Of a DNA stretch of 64,000 nt, positions 12,552 to 25,352 are shown piece after piece. This DNA is from Octopus sinensis. Taxonomy: Eukaryota. Below the pieces are notes generated by a model that saw nothing but the letters and a program-made list of their open reading frames with translations, had not been told where the DNA came from and searched no databases. Each line of letters starts with the position of its first letter. Within the stretch, counting starts at the first letter, position 1. Both the position numbers and the translations under genes were made by a program. Location: positions 41,044,001-41,108,000 of the forward strand of contig NC_042999.1 of NCBI RefSeq assembly GCF_006345805.1, read 5' to 3'.

Positions 12552-12980
12552 ATCAACAGGTCAGCAGTTTTGAGGGGAAGTGGTTATTCGATGCCATCAA
12601 CACCTGCCCTTAACCAATACTATATTTTATCGATTCTTGAGGAATTGAAGTATTGTTAACCTCTGCAAGATTTAAACTCAAAATTTTAAGATTTGTTTGA
12701 AATACTGCCGTTTAATTCTCTCATGCTCTTACGATTCTGCCAGTTCGCTATCATAAAAATGATAAGGTTTTAAAATTTTGCATAAGTCTAGCAAATTTAG
12801 GGGAAGTGGGGGAAGTCGATTGCTTCGCTTCCAATGTTCAACTTGTACTTATTTTATCAACCTTGAAAGTATAGTAGCCAACGTTAAACGTTGGCGGGAT
12901 TTGATCTAATTTATAAAGATCCGAGAGAGATGCTGTTAAGCACCCCACCACCGACTCTATAACAATTCTGCCAGCTCAAT
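12552..12980 (-). mobile_element. Two diverged SINE B1 copies (about 12552-12750 and 12790-12980)
   Basis: Each shows aggggaag...gtcgat, acttattttatc, atttaaactc/atttgatc and acaattctgccagctc remnants. Confidence 0.65.
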
Positions 12981-13833
12981 AATGGTAATAATAATTATAT
13001 AAATTTCTGTTTAACTGTCGTTGAGGACCGTACTAAGACGAAGTGTATAAGAAAACAACAAATGTATAGAAATGCACAGGGTATCTATAAAACCACTACA
13101 CGTTTTATAAATAGTAAGAGTGTCGGATCAATAGCAGCAATAAGGATATATTAATAAATAGGTAAATAATAAATGGCAATAATAGTACAAGACAAACAAG
13201 AACCAGAGCAAGATCGCCAAAATGGGTTCTTAATCACGTAGCGTGAATCGGGGCATCTCACACGCAAACCTGATTTTTTTCTGATATATGAAATCCATTA
13301 TCTTTGAGTTCTAGATAGCAGCCTAAATTCTCACCGTTAATTTGGGCTAATTTAGCGACATCAGTGTTACGACTCTCATCAGTACGACATTACTTCATAA
13401 TTCACTGCATTGTCGTTCTTACCCTCTCTGTTTTTTTTCTTCTCTCTCTCTCATCTCAATTTTCTTCTCGAATGATAGATAGTTAAAGAAGTTGAGGGTT
13501 AGTCTAAAAAGGAAAAGCTGTAAATCCTCAGACATTTCAACTACTTCTACCGCCAAAACCACCGAGCAAAGATGATAAACGTAGGCGTTTCTATGATCCT
13601 AATGATGCAGTTGATTGATTGACAGCCGAATCTATCGTGCACGTGATAATAGCTACACTAGCATTAGAGTGATAAAAAGTGATTACGATGATAAGGGGAA
13701 AGAGGAGAAGGAGGGGCGGGGAGGTTTCTATATTTTGAATGAAATTTAAATCGTTTTGACAACAATAATTGCCTATGATATCATCGATCCGGCATGCGGA
13801 TGATACGCTCATAACATGAATGTACCGTTTACT

Positions 13834-14240
13834 GCAGGAGTGGCTGTGTGGTAAGTACTTTGCTTACCAACCACATGGTTCCGGGTTCAGTCCCACTGCG
13901 TGGCATCTTGGGCAAGTGTCTTCTGCTATAGCCTCGGGCCGACCAATGCCTTGTGAGTGGATTTGGTAGACGGAAACTGAAAGAAGCCCGTCGTATATAT
14001 GTATATATATATATATATATATAGACATGTATGTTTGTGTGTCTGTGTTTGTCCCCCCCCCAACATCGCTTGACAACCGATGCTGGTGTGTTTACGTCCC
14101 CGTCACTTAGCGGTTCGGCAAAAAGAGACCGATAGAATAAGTACTGGGCTTACAAAGAATAAGTCCCGGGGTCGGTTTGCTCGACTAAAGGTGGTGCTCT
14201 AGCATGGCCGCAGTCAAATGACTGAAACAAGTAAAAGAAT
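13834..14240 (+). mobile_element. SINE A, young full-length reference copy
   Basis: gcaggagtggctgtgtggtaag (A-box-like), gggttcagtccc (B-box-like), atcttgggcaagtgtctt, (TA)n, tail ending aaatgactgaaacaagtaaaag. Near-identical to 61822-62228. Confidence 0.95.
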
Positions 14241-14490
14241 GTGTTTTGGCTATTTACATTTTGAGTTCAAACCCGACGAAGTGAATTTTGCCTTTCCTTT
14301 CTCTTCGTTCGATGAAATGAAATAGCAGTCACATATTAAGTCCTTCTGATCGGCTACCTTTCAAATTACTGGACTTGTCTCTATATTAGAATATTTGTTG
14401 CAAACAAACCGGTTATTGTTTATTTAACACCTCTACTCTAGTAATAGTTTGTGGCTCAAAACGATATCTTATCTTGCTGTATTTGATTAC

Positions 14491-14716
14491 GGCGAGCTGG
14501 CAGAATCGTTAGCACACCGGGCGAAATGCTTAGCGTTACGTCTGCCGATACGTACTGAGTTCAAATTTCGCCGAGGTCGACTTTGCCTTACATTCTCTCG
14601 GGGTCGATTAAATAAGTACCAGTTACGCACTGGGGTCGATATAATCGACTTAATCCGTTTGTCTGTCCTTGTTTGTCCTCTCTGTGTTTAGCCCCTTGTG
14701 GGTAGTAAAGAAATAG
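14491..14716 (+). mobile_element. SINE B2 with about 13-bp TSD
   Basis: ggcgagctggcagaatcgttagcac...gtaaagaaata, flanked by gtatttgattacg (14479) and gtatttgtttacg (14717). Confidence 0.92.
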
Positions 14717-15234
14717 GTATTTGTTTACGTTCTTATAATGTTTTGAATCCAAATTGCAGAACGGATGACATTATAATTCGCGCAAACATCCAATGAGCAC
14801 CAATGATATGCCAAGATCAATTGAAATGACTATCTCTGCGTGCAACAGTCGGTTATATACAATCGGTTGAGTGTCGGGCCAAATTCCATGTGGTATACAC
14901 AGTTATGTTGTTTGGCGGGCAACGTTCCAATTTAGCCAATGCTATTTTATCTTTCTTGAGGCCCCCATAAGTAAATTTCAGTTAAGTACTACCACAAATA
15001 TCTGATCTTGTGCTCAGATTAGAAATCATTCAGAATCGTTAGACCGCTGAACAAAATGCCTTGCTGTATTCGTTCCGGTACTTTATGAATGCGAATCCTG
15101 CTGAGATCAGCTTTGCTTTTCAGCTTTGAAGCGACGACCAACTGTCGACAGGGCTCAACTTAATTAATTAACACTTCCTCTCAGCTTCTGGCCTGGTAAT
15201 TACGTTTCAAATCATCACCGTCATTATCGCCGTA

Positions 15235-15288
15235 ATCATCATCATCATAATCACAATCATCATCATCATCATCATCATCATATGTATG

Positions 15289-15350
<62 letters not shown>

Positions 15351-15360
15351 TGAATGAATG
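15235..15360. repeat. (CAT)n/(TA)n/(TGAA)n compound microsatellite
   Basis: Visible directly. Confidence 0.95.
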
Positions 15361-15832
15361 CATATGTATACATGTATGATATATACATATGTTTGTCATG
15401 ATATTGGATTCTGTATATTTTATATAAACATATACTGGTTCGGGCAACAAGTAATCAAATTCGTGTGTGCAAATTAAAACATTATTTCGTGCCTTCATCC
15501 TTACACTTCTTCAGACCATCATGATCATTGACGTAGATAGACACATTCATAATTATATCTTCATTCTAACTATTCTGAAATGGCAATAGAATTTTTAATA
15601 TAAAAAAAATGTATTTAAGCATTTTAGGAACATCGATAATTAATATGAGGGATACATTTATATTACACTAATACAAACTAAAACAAAAAAACTGTTTGAA
15701 AGTATTAATTCCGTGACTAAATTCCAATTCGAGCATATGTACATATGTATTTAACACATGTGATGATAAATAGAAGCTTTAAAGTTAGTACCGTTTTGTT
15801 TTACTAAAAGAATATAAATAAAAATATAAATA

Positions 15833-17075
15833 TTGAGTCATCCCATGAATAATGCATTTTTCAATTGCATGAACTAAAAGTCAGAGAGGGACCTGCAGCA
15901 ACTTGCTATAAAAGAAGGTAGTAATGTAACCTTGTACTTATTGTTTGTGCAAGTTTTGAAGAGTGCTGTTCGATTTTAAGAGTTATTTTTGCAAAGCTAT
16001 AGTGACAAAGTAGCATATTCAGCATATTTTGCTTTATGAGTTCAATAAAGGCAACAACGTAGCGGAAAGTGCGAAGAATATTAATGCAGTATATGGGGAT
16101 TGGGCAATAAGCATAAACCAGTGTCAACAGTGCTTTCAGAAATTTCGTGCCGGAAACCTCATCCTAGTAGACGTGCCTCGGCTTGGAAGATTTGTAGAGC
16201 TCGACGAGGACGTCCTGCTGGAACAAAATCCCATCGTAACTATTGAGGAACTAGCAGAGAAGCTTGGATTTGGTCATTCAACCATTCATTGACACCTGCG
16301 TGCCATCGGAAAAGTCAGCAAATTGGGTTAATGGATTCCTCACAAACTCTCCGAGTCTAATCGCGCGCAAAGAGTGAATACGTGCTCTTCTTTGCTGTCA
16401 CGTCTCACGAATGAACCTTTTTCGGATTGAATAGTAACTAGTGGCGAGACATGAGTTCTCTATAAGAATATCAAGCGCCGAAGACAATGGGTAGAGAAAG
16501 GAGAAACACCGGCACTCCAAGCCAAAAAAGGTTTTTACCCACGTAAGGTGTTGTTATCTGTTTGGTGGGATATGAAAGGTTTAGTCCACTTTGAACTTTT
16601 TAACCCAAACCAAACGATAACAAGGAGATCTATTGCTAGTAGCTTGAGCGGCTTAAGTTAGCGCTAGAAAATAAACGAACATCTTTGGTTTCAAGACGAA
16701 ATGTTTTCTTCCATCATGATAATGCTCGGTCATATACAGCGAGTATGACATTCCAAAGGCTGGAGAAGTTTCAGTGGGAAACGATGTTCCACCCACCGGA
16801 CATTGCCCCACCTGATTATCATTTATTCTGCGATCTTCAAAATCATTTGGACGGAAAAATATTAATTCTGTAGACAAGCTAGAACAGTACTGCAGGAATA
16901 TTTTTCGTCAGGGACAAATGAATTTTAGAAGAGAGGCCTTGCAAGTCTACCAGAGATGGAAGAGCATTGTAGAAAATGAAGGAGAGTATATTTTAGATTT
17001 AAAAAAGGACTTTGCTTATCTTAATTTTGAATAATAAAAGTACAGAAAATCCGCATTATTTATGGGATGACCCAA
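15833..17075 (+). mobile_element. Full-length inactive mariner (Tc1/mariner, DD34D type) DNA transposon
   Basis: TA|ttgagtcatcccatgaataatgc at the left and gcattatttatgggatgacccaa|TA at the right (2 mismatches in 23); 1243 bp; transposase relic inside. Confidence 0.95.
15996..17001 (+). pseudogene. Mariner transposase pseudogene
   Basis: LYEFNKGNNVAESAKNINAVYG (HTH), WIPHKL (WVPHEL motif), IVTSGET (first catalytic D lost), KVLLSVWWD, HHDNA, HPPDIAPPDYHLF (YS of YSPD deleted), ending GEYILD. Several stops and frameshifts. Confidence 0.93.
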
Positions 17076-17423
17076 TATATGAGAATCACATTCTGTTAAG
17101 TTTTTTGCATCAGAGTTAGTAGTTCTTAATTTTAATTCTGTTAATTGCATAATTGTATTTTGTTAAATGAAAAATAATTCTCGAATCACCTTTTAATTAA
17201 CCTCAAAGTTGTCAGCTTTAGTGGATCGATTAAACACACTGTAAATATTCTGTTTGTTTTCCATTTCCTGAACTTCGATAATTCTTGACTGTTTACTTAA
17301 CTAATACTTAAAGAATATGCTAATTTTGTTTACACTGAAGAACTATAATGAAATGTTAGCGATAATAATTAGGCGGTTCCAATGCATTTAGTTATTTATT
17401 CAGTGAATGAACTGATTCCTGAA

Positions 17424-17540
17424 GGCGTGTGATTTATAAATAACGGTGTTGGGCTAGCAATCATTAAATTTGGCGTTCGATTCCTGAACATGGTAGTGTA
17501 TTGTGTCTTTGAGTAAGGTTCTTCATTTCACGTTGTTCTA
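17424..17540 (+). mobile_element. SINE D head remnant
   Basis: gttcgattcctg...ttgtgtctttgagtaaggttcttcatttcacgttgttctagt. Confidence 0.5.
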
Positions 17541-17913
17541 GTAAATTTCGTGGATAACGGGTACCAGCGGCAATTGGTGTGCTTGCCTTAGACGTACTAG
17601 TGTCTCGTTGATGACTAAGCATTCAATCCCGTTGATAAAACCCATGTTAGGTACATTCGTTAGAAAGACCGCCAAAGATACCACTTTGGTTATCTGAGAT
17701 GTGCAATTAATACCTGACTTGGTTTAACACTAACACTATTAAACGTATCGCTGCCCTTATCAGATTTTACTACCCTGCAAGATTTTAGGTCAAGTCTCTC
17801 GTCTCGTTTTTCCCGACACAAGTGCTAGAGTCTCTGGAAAATCATAGGCGTTTCGCTTTCCCTCATTGGCTATCACAATGAAACAAATTGTTTTACACCA
17901 CTTCATTTCATTT

Positions 17914-17968
<55 letters not shown>

Positions 17969-18209
17969 ATAAACAATAACAGAGACTGAACACTTTCCAT
18001 TCTTTTCTTACACAAATATTTAATATTTTTCAATGATCAAAAAGAAATCAATGCGATTTGTTATTAAAACAGCTACAAAGAATCTAGAACAACGAACTGA
18101 ATTTCATTCCGAGAGCAAATTTTACCGGGCTGCACTTTGTCACTATTATCTCAGATATAACAGATTGCAGCAGATAAAAAAAAAGTAAACGGTATTGTTC
18201 CAAATAAAA

Positions 18210-18438
18210 GCGGCGAGCTGGCAGAAACGTTAGCACGCCGGGCGAAATGCTTAGCGGTATTTCGTCTGCGTTACGTTGTGAGTTCAAATTCCGTCGAGGT
18301 CGACTTTGCCTTTCATCCTTTCGGGGTCGATAAATTAAGTACCAGTTACGCACTGGGGTCGATGTAATCGACTTAATACCTATGTCTGTCCTTGTTTGTC
18401 CCCTCTGTGTTTAGCCCCTCGTGGGTAATAAAGAAATA
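18210..18438 (+). mobile_element. SINE B2, young, with 19-bp TSD
   Basis: Perfect duplication ggtattgttccaaataaaa at 18191-18209 and 18439-18457. Confidence 0.97.
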
Positions 18439-19561
18439 GGTATTGTTCCAAATAAAAAAAGGCAATATTTGAAAGTTGTTGTAGGTTAGCTCTATACGAA
18501 CTGTAGCTGAGCAGACATACAGATGACGGCCTTTTAAGAACTGGTCAGCCTTATAAGAACTGGCCAGCCTTATCATTTATTGGATAGGGTATCGAGAATC
18601 TTAATCTACGTGACTTTGTTTCGTTAAACAATATAGTGCGATTTAAGTAAGATGTAGTTGCTATTTCCAGAAATACACGGAAACCCGTAGAAGCACAATT
18701 GTTGGTTCAGAATGCGATATCACTGTTTGGTTGGTAGGTTGGTATTGATTCTCTGTAGAGGTTAATTAGATTCAGTTATATAGCTGCTCTCTTGCATCAC
18801 TAATGCCATAAAGAAAATTTATGAATATCCTACTAACTCATTTTCCTCGTCTATAAATTTTGTCTTTGTGCTTATGTAACAAAGAAATATTCTGACAATA
18901 GAGAATGTTCTAGGATTGATTTATCCTTTTATTGAACGACTACGTGAACGGGTTCTATTTCCTGTTACATCATCAATGCACAAGAAAAAAAGGCATGAAC
19001 GTCACAGCTTCTCTCATACTCATTTCCTCAACCTTGAAATCTTTGAATGCAAGCTTTTATGTTAAACAATCACTCACTTATGGTTTAGACATTAGCGAAA
19101 TTATTAGTCTTTATATATTTTTGCTGGAATTTTGGAATTGCTTATTGCTTGCAACTTTACATGAAAGCACCACAGGTAGTCTGTTCATACAACATCTGAA
19201 AAACATTTAAATTCAAACCAGACTTGGAAGCAATCATCATTATAACAGTGGGAAAGCATGTAATCAATCACCGTGCATTTTCTGATTATGCACCAGTGAG
19301 AATTTTTTTTTTGTTGGTTCTGTTAGATATAAATATGAAATATAGACACGTATTGTAATATAAAAATACCGTCAGACAAGTCAGCGGCAAATAACAACAT
19401 ACGAAACACATTCACATAAATTCAGAAATAACATAATAGCATTTATGCATACAAACTTACTTACATACACACACACAGGCACGTGTGTACACATGCTTGA
19501 TTGTAAGTATTATTGCGAATATCTGCACGCCTTTCTTCTGTACGTGTGTATAATTTAAAGA

Positions 19562-20235
19562 CGTAGCCATGACTGTATGGTTGTGAAGTTTGCTTGGATC
19601 TACGTGATTTCAGGTACTAGTTCAATCCCACTGTGCAGCATCTGGGAAACTTGGGAAAGCGTTTTCTGTTATAGACTTGAAAGTGGATTTGGTTGAGAAA
19701 TATACATATGTTGACCCATTAATCCCAACGCATTTTTTCTCTTTCCGTTTTTTTTCTCGTTCTCTCGCCATTTTTTCTCTCTCAATGCTTTTTGTGGAAG
19801 AGCGTAGGCTTGAAACGTCAAAGACTTTTCCATTCTTCCAGAGCGTCAAACTAATGCACCTGCTCGTTGTTCCTCCACCTGTTTTTGTCTTTCGTTTTCT
19901 ATAAATTTGAACTATATATATATAGATAGATACACACACACACACACACACACACACACGTACACACAAACACACACACACACACACACACACAACACAC
20001 ACACACACACACTATATATATGTATATATATATATAGCCTGAGTGTGTCTGTGTGAGCGTGCATCTCTCTACACCCTCGGCAACAAATAGTGTTGAGTTC
20101 ATTATGTCCCTCTTAGTGATTTGGTAACAACAGACAATGGAATAGGTACTTATCCAGCGACGAGTTTTTCAAATTAGTTCTTGAAGGCAGAGCCCCAGCA
20201 TAGATATAATTCGATGACTGAAACAAGAAGAAAAT
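19562..20235 (+). mobile_element. Old SINE A split by an insertion in its microsatellite
   Basis: Head 19562-19705, insert about 19710-19915, (TA)(CA)n, then tail remnant ending gatgactgaaacaagaagaaaa. Confidence 0.7.
19750..19915 (+). mobile_element. Probable Penelope-like element terminal fragment
   Basis: gaagagcgtaggcttgaaacgtc resembles the gaag...gaaacgt hammerhead-like motif of Penelope termini (recalled, not searched). A similar motif lies on the minus strand near 32660-32710. Confidence 0.45.
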
Positions 20236-20544
20236 GACATACAAACACACAAACACACAAACGCATACACACACGCTCACTCGTACGTGCGCGCAAACAA
20301 TTGCAATTTGGGATGCTGTTTGGGCGTCGTATATAGTACGCAGAGATATTCCATACAGGCGCATGATGCGTATTCAAATTAACGTGACCTGGTCATCACA
20401 GACATCGGTCACTTCGGGTATCATCAGCTGATATATATAGATTCATATTTATACATGCGAGTATGTCTGCCTGCTTGTCTGTCTATCAATCTATCAACAC
20501 ACACACAGACTCACGTCTGTGTTGTGTATCGAAATGTATATATA

Positions 20545-21081
20545 TTGGGTTGTCCGGAAAATTCGTGCCGATTTATAATAGCTTACCTTTCGACTTATTT
20601 TAGAACATCGTTGAGTCCATAAAATAGGATTTGACTACACTTCTATTTAGAGAACAGTTTAAGCTATCTTTTCGTCTTAATTCTATAACCCTTTAAAATG
20701 GAAGATAAGAAAGTTCATTTCGGCACTTGATGCTTTGAGAACGAGACAAAAATTGCTGCAGCTCGGCTGGGATGTGTTACCCCCACCCTCCATATTCACC
20801 AGATATTGCTCCTTCGGATTTTCACTTATTCAGGTGTCTGCAGAATAGTCTTAATGGTAAAAATTTCAATTCCTTGGATGATATAAAAAGATACCTTGAT
20901 GAATTATTTGCCATGAAACCACCTCAATTCTGGGAAGAGGGTATTTTCAAGTTAAAGGAAAGATGGAGACGAATTGTGCAACAAAATGCTTCATATTTCT
21001 TTGATTAAAAATGTAATGGCAAGTATTTATTGACCGTTTTCTTTCCTTTAAAAATCGGCATGAACTTTCCGGACAACCCAA
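20545..21081 (+). mobile_element. Internally deleted mariner (non-autonomous, 537 bp)
   Basis: TA-flanked 30-bp TIRs: ttgggttgtccggaaaattcgtgccgattt versus right-end reverse complement ttgggttgtccggaaagttcatgccgattt. Start MEDKKVHF at 20698 is followed within about 70 bp by the C-terminus HPPYSPDIAPSDFHLF...WRRIVQQNASYFFD*. Confidence 0.96.
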
Positions 21082-21086
21082 TATAA

Positions 21087-21113
21087 GTGTATGTATGTAT
21101 GCATGTATGTCTG

Positions 21114-21203
<90 letters not shown>

Positions 21204-21260
21204 CATCTATCTATCTGTCCATCTATCTGTCCATCTATCTATCTGTTCATCTATCTATGC
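21087..21260. repeat. (TATG)/(TATC)/(TGTC) compound microsatellite
   Basis: Visible directly. Confidence 0.95.
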
Positions 21261-21804
21261 ATGCCATATATTGTTGCTTCCTTTAGATAATGTATGCGCG
21301 CGTGTGTGTGTGTGTGTTTGTGGGTGGGTGGTAATTCTTTTTTTTTTCTGTTAAAATGAATTTCTTTAATATGACTCTAGGTTAAAACATGTGTAGAACA
21401 TTTCCTGTCTGCGACGGTGGTACGTTTGTTACTACGGGTCACATCGGAGACTGCAAAGAGATATGCTTCGTTACGTTTCTTCTATCTATTACTGGCAGGA
21501 ATGCTTCGTACTCATATCTTCCACATTTACAAAGAATGAAATTCTATTCAAACATTGGGGTGTAAATCATACAGAGCTCCTCTCTTTACATGTGTAAACT
21601 CTCTTCTCATCTCTTCTGACTGTATCTCTAGCAGGTTCTGTTCGACTTGTAACATCTTTTTGTAGTTACAGTACGCATTAATTTAGTTTTTAACCTGTTC
21701 TTTGTACATGTTCTATGTACATGTCCATGTATCATTTCTTTAGAAATTTAACTTTCTGGAAAATATAACTGAGCGACTAATACTTGCTACTTTAATCTGT
21801 AGTG

Positions 21805-21920
21805 TGAAGGCACGTGAAATAGCGAATGACTGTTTGGATCTGGACCGTAAACTCATGAGTTCGAATCCTGTGCGGGAAGGCACATCTTGTCCTTGAGCAA
21901 GATACTTCATGTCACTTTCA
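21805..21920 (+). mobile_element. SINE D head remnant
   Basis: gaaggcacgtg...gagttcgaatcctg...ttgtccttgagcaagatacttcatgtcac. Confidence 0.55.
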
Positions 21921-21933
21921 CGATCTTATAATA

Positions 21934-22332
21934 TTCTTTTATTCTTTTACTTGTTTCAGTCATTTGACTTCGGCCATGCTGGAGCACCACCTTAAAGGGT
22001 TTTAGTCGAAGAAATCGACCGCAGGACTTGTTCTGTGTAGGCCTAGTACTTATTCTATCGGTTTCTTTTACCTAAAACACTAAAATCTGTTGTCAAGCGA
22101 TGGTGGGGGTCGGACACACACACATACGCACACACACACGCACGCACACACACATATATGCAAACACACACATGACAGGGGTCTTTCAGTTTCCGTGTAC
22201 AAAATCCATTCAGAAGGCTTTGATCGGCGGAGGCTACAGTAGAAGACACTTTCCCAAGGTGTCATGCAGTGGGACTGATCCTGAAACCATGTAGTTGGGA
22301 AACAAGATTCTTACCACACAGACACGCCTGCA
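21934..22332 (-). mobile_element. SINE A, full length
   Basis: Reverse complement of the A consensus, with (CA)n at the internal position. Confidence 0.92.
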
Positions 22333-22667
22333 CATTCCCTCTATTTGCTATTTCTAACCCCAAAACCCGTTAATGCTATATCGTACAGAGAAATAGAACT
22401 CATTATTATACGTTATTGCCTTTCGTGCAATATACGAGTAATATGTATCTGGAATACTCAAAATTATGTGTTTTTCTAGCCAGTCCTTTTGAAATATAGA
22501 GAAGAATGTTATTTTTACCATTGGAATTAATATTGATATTATCGTTTTTCATTCAGTTTCATGTAGCCTGTTTCACTCTAAAGTGCACGTTCATGTTTCA
22601 TATTCTTGGAGTTTGTGCTGCATTCTGTTTTGTTGCTATTGTTGTTTTTGTTGTTGTTGCTATTAAG

Positions 22668-23245
22668 GCGGCGAGCTGGCAGAAACGTTAGCACGCCGGG
22701 CGAAATGCTTAGCGGTATTTTGTCTGTCGTTACGTTCTGAGTTCAAATTCCGACGAGGTTGACTTTGTCTTTCATCCTTTCAGGGTCGATAAATTAAGTA
22801 CCAGTTACGCACTGGGGTCGATGTAATCGACTTAATACCTATGTCTGTCCTTGTTTGTCCCCTCTGTGTTTAGCCCCTTGTGAGTAATAAAGAAATAGGT
22901 ATTTCGTCTGCCGTTACGTTCTGAGTTCAAATTCCGACGAGGTTGACTTTGCCATTCATCCTTTCGGGGTCGATAAAATAAGTACCAATTACGCACTGGG
23001 GTCGATATAATCGACTTAATCAGTTTGTCTGTCCTTGTTCATCCTCTCTGTGTTTAGCTCCTTGTGGGTAGTAAAGAAATAGGTATTTCGTCCCTCGCTC
23101 CGTTCTGAGTTCAAATTCTGCCGAGGGCGAATTTGCCTTTCATTCTTTCGGATTCGATAAAATAAGTAGCAGTTAAACACCGGGGTCGATGTAATCAATT
23201 CATCCTCTTCCCCAAAATAGCTACCCTTATTACAAAATTTGAAAC

Positions 23246-23250
<5 letters not shown>
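22668..23250 (+). mobile_element. SINE B trimer (B2, B2, B1 tails), 184-bp period
   Basis: ggtattt at 22714, 22898 and 23082. The first two units end aaagaaata; the third has the B1 tail followed by (ATT)n to 23300. Confidence 0.93.
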
Positions 23251-23283
<33 letters not shown>

Positions 23284-23795
23284 TATTATTATTATTATTA
23301 GTGTTGTTTTCAAATTTGTGTTCGTCGCGTATACGTCTCGCGGTATGGCTCCGAGTAAATTTAGATAATTAACATGTTTTGCTGGATACATTCTCCTCTC
23401 TTTTTTGAATATTTTTTTCAAATAGCAGGATTCGGAGCTATTGAACTTTTTTTTTTTTACTGTTCTAAGGATAGACAAGATGTCTGTCCTTTATTTTCTT
23501 ACATTATTCTTTTCTTTCATTTTTCGAAATATAGTCTTCTGTTTGTAACCTGCTGAGCATGTCTTCTTTTAGAAGAATTTCAGTAAAAGATTTTTAACAA
23601 GAAACGAAATAGCACTAAAACACTCAAAAGTAAATGGCAAGATAATTTTCGACTACACAAAAATGCAATTAAAAAAAATGATAAACAGATATACGGATGA
23701 ATATTGTAATCATGTTGTGAGATCCGCTCACAAGCACAGACCGTTCACAATTTGACATCTGAAAACCCAAAATATTCACAAGAGTAAGAGAAATA

Positions 23796-24191
23796 CAGTG
23801 ATACCTCGCAGTACAAGTTTAATTCGTTCCACGATCAAGCTCGTCTTACGATTTACTCGTTTTACAAATCAATTTTCACCTATGCAATTAACTAAAATAT
23901 GATTAATACGTTCCAGCCCCGCAAAACCACTCAAAATCAATTTTTTTATGGGTTTTAAAACAGAAAAAATTGGAGTTACAATTAAAAGGACCATTATACA
24001 ATTATAACAAATAGAATGCAAAAGAAATATATAAATTGGTTTTATTAACTGAATTACCTTAATGATGGGACGATTTGTGTGCTCGTACAGTGAATTTTCG
24101 CTCGTATTTCAAGACAAAAATTCACAAGAAGTCTCGGCTCGTACAGCAAATTACTCGTACAGTGGTGCACTCGCACTGCGAGTTTCTACTG
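23796..24191. mobile_element. pogo/Tigger-like non-autonomous element
   Basis: TA|cagtgatacctcgcagtacaagt at the left versus right-end reverse complement TA|cagtagaaactcgcagtgcgagt; about 396 bp. Confidence 0.75.
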
Positions 24192-24474
24192 TACGAGCAA
24201 TAAAAACGATAACGGAACTTGTGTTATATTAACCCTTTGATTGTTGAAAGCATTTTCAAAAGTTTGTCCTAAACGTTCATGCTTGTTTTATACGTTCTGA
24301 GGAATATAAAGAGTTCCTTTCATATGTTCCAAATTATAAATTACTCTGATGGTTGAATAGAAAATGGGAATCTGTATAATATTTGCGGCATAGATGCCAG
24401 GGGAATGTTTCGTGTCACGAGATTAATTCCGTCCTTGTAAATTTGCTCGCCTCGAGATAAAATTTGAAAGTATT

Positions 24475-24690
24475 AAAGACGACGAACTGGTAGAAATTCC
24501 ACCACGCCGGACAAAAAGCCTATAGGCATTTCTTCTGGTTTTATGTTCTAATTTCAAATTCCGCAGAGTTTGACTTTGCCTTTAATTTTTACGGGGTCGA
24601 TAAAGTAAGTAGCACTTGAGCACAGAGGTCGGTGTAACGGGCTTCTCGATACAATTACTGGCCTTGAGCCAAATTTAGAAAGAATCATTA
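24475..24690 (+). mobile_element. SINE B1, diverged
   Basis: gacgacgaactggtagaa...ttcaaattccgcagagtttgactttgcc...ggggtcgataaagtaagtagc...ggccttgagccaaatttagaa. Confidence 0.8.
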
Positions 24691-24739
24691 AATCTATAAA
24701 TAAATATATTCAGTAAAGAAACGATTGTTGCAATCGATA

Positions 24740-25200
24740 TTTTTATTATTATCATTCGGATGTTGAAAGGCTTCATTTATGTCTTTCATGGCGCATATAT
24801 AAACAACCTGTATTTTTTTTTGTTTGAGAGTGTGTTGGAATGTTCTCTCTTTTGGGGGAGATGTTTGAGCTTCGACTAATTAGCCACTTTTTATACTTTT
24901 CCTTAGACGTTATTGTGTTCTTGTCGATGTCTATGTCCACTGGAATTGCATGTATTGTATTTGAAGGTGATCGTGTATAATGTGTTCTGCGTCAGTCACA
25001 TTATATTGTTTGAGTTAAACGTAGAATATGGGGTTCTGAAGGTTGTGTTATTATATTCACTTGAGTCAAATACATATCGTACTTAATAAGACTATACATT
25101 TGATTTGCGCATATTTTTGACTGATGGCCATAAGAAATTAAAAAATTTTTGTTATCATTTCCCTATATTTATATTATGATTTGTACCATATCCAAAATAA
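24740..25200 (-). pseudogene. Possible restriction-like endonuclease remnant of an R4/Dong-like LINE
   Basis: Minus translation AIPVDIDIDKNTITSKEKYK (about 24892-24951) resembles the D-x-x-x-P...K-E-x-E-K-x-x-K-Y block. Very degraded. Confidence 0.4.
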
Positions 25201-25292
25201 TTTCTGTATAATCAAAGCCGATATAAATGTTGTTTGTTTGTTTGGTTGGTTTGTTTCTCCGGTCACGCTTTACATCGTATAAAGAGGAGCAG

Positions 25293-25352
<60 letters not shown>

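Noticed and set aside
18084-18353. Recurrent ORF MRNWY..YRPRKDERQSRPRRNLNSQRNADEIP (also 52619, 23016)
   Set aside because: It is the antisense reading of SINE B, and recurs only because the SINE recurs.
22668-23250. Regularly spaced repeats that might suggest a CRISPR or satellite array
   Set aside because: The units are 184-bp SINE segments with no unique spacers, there are no cas genes, and the context is eukaryotic.
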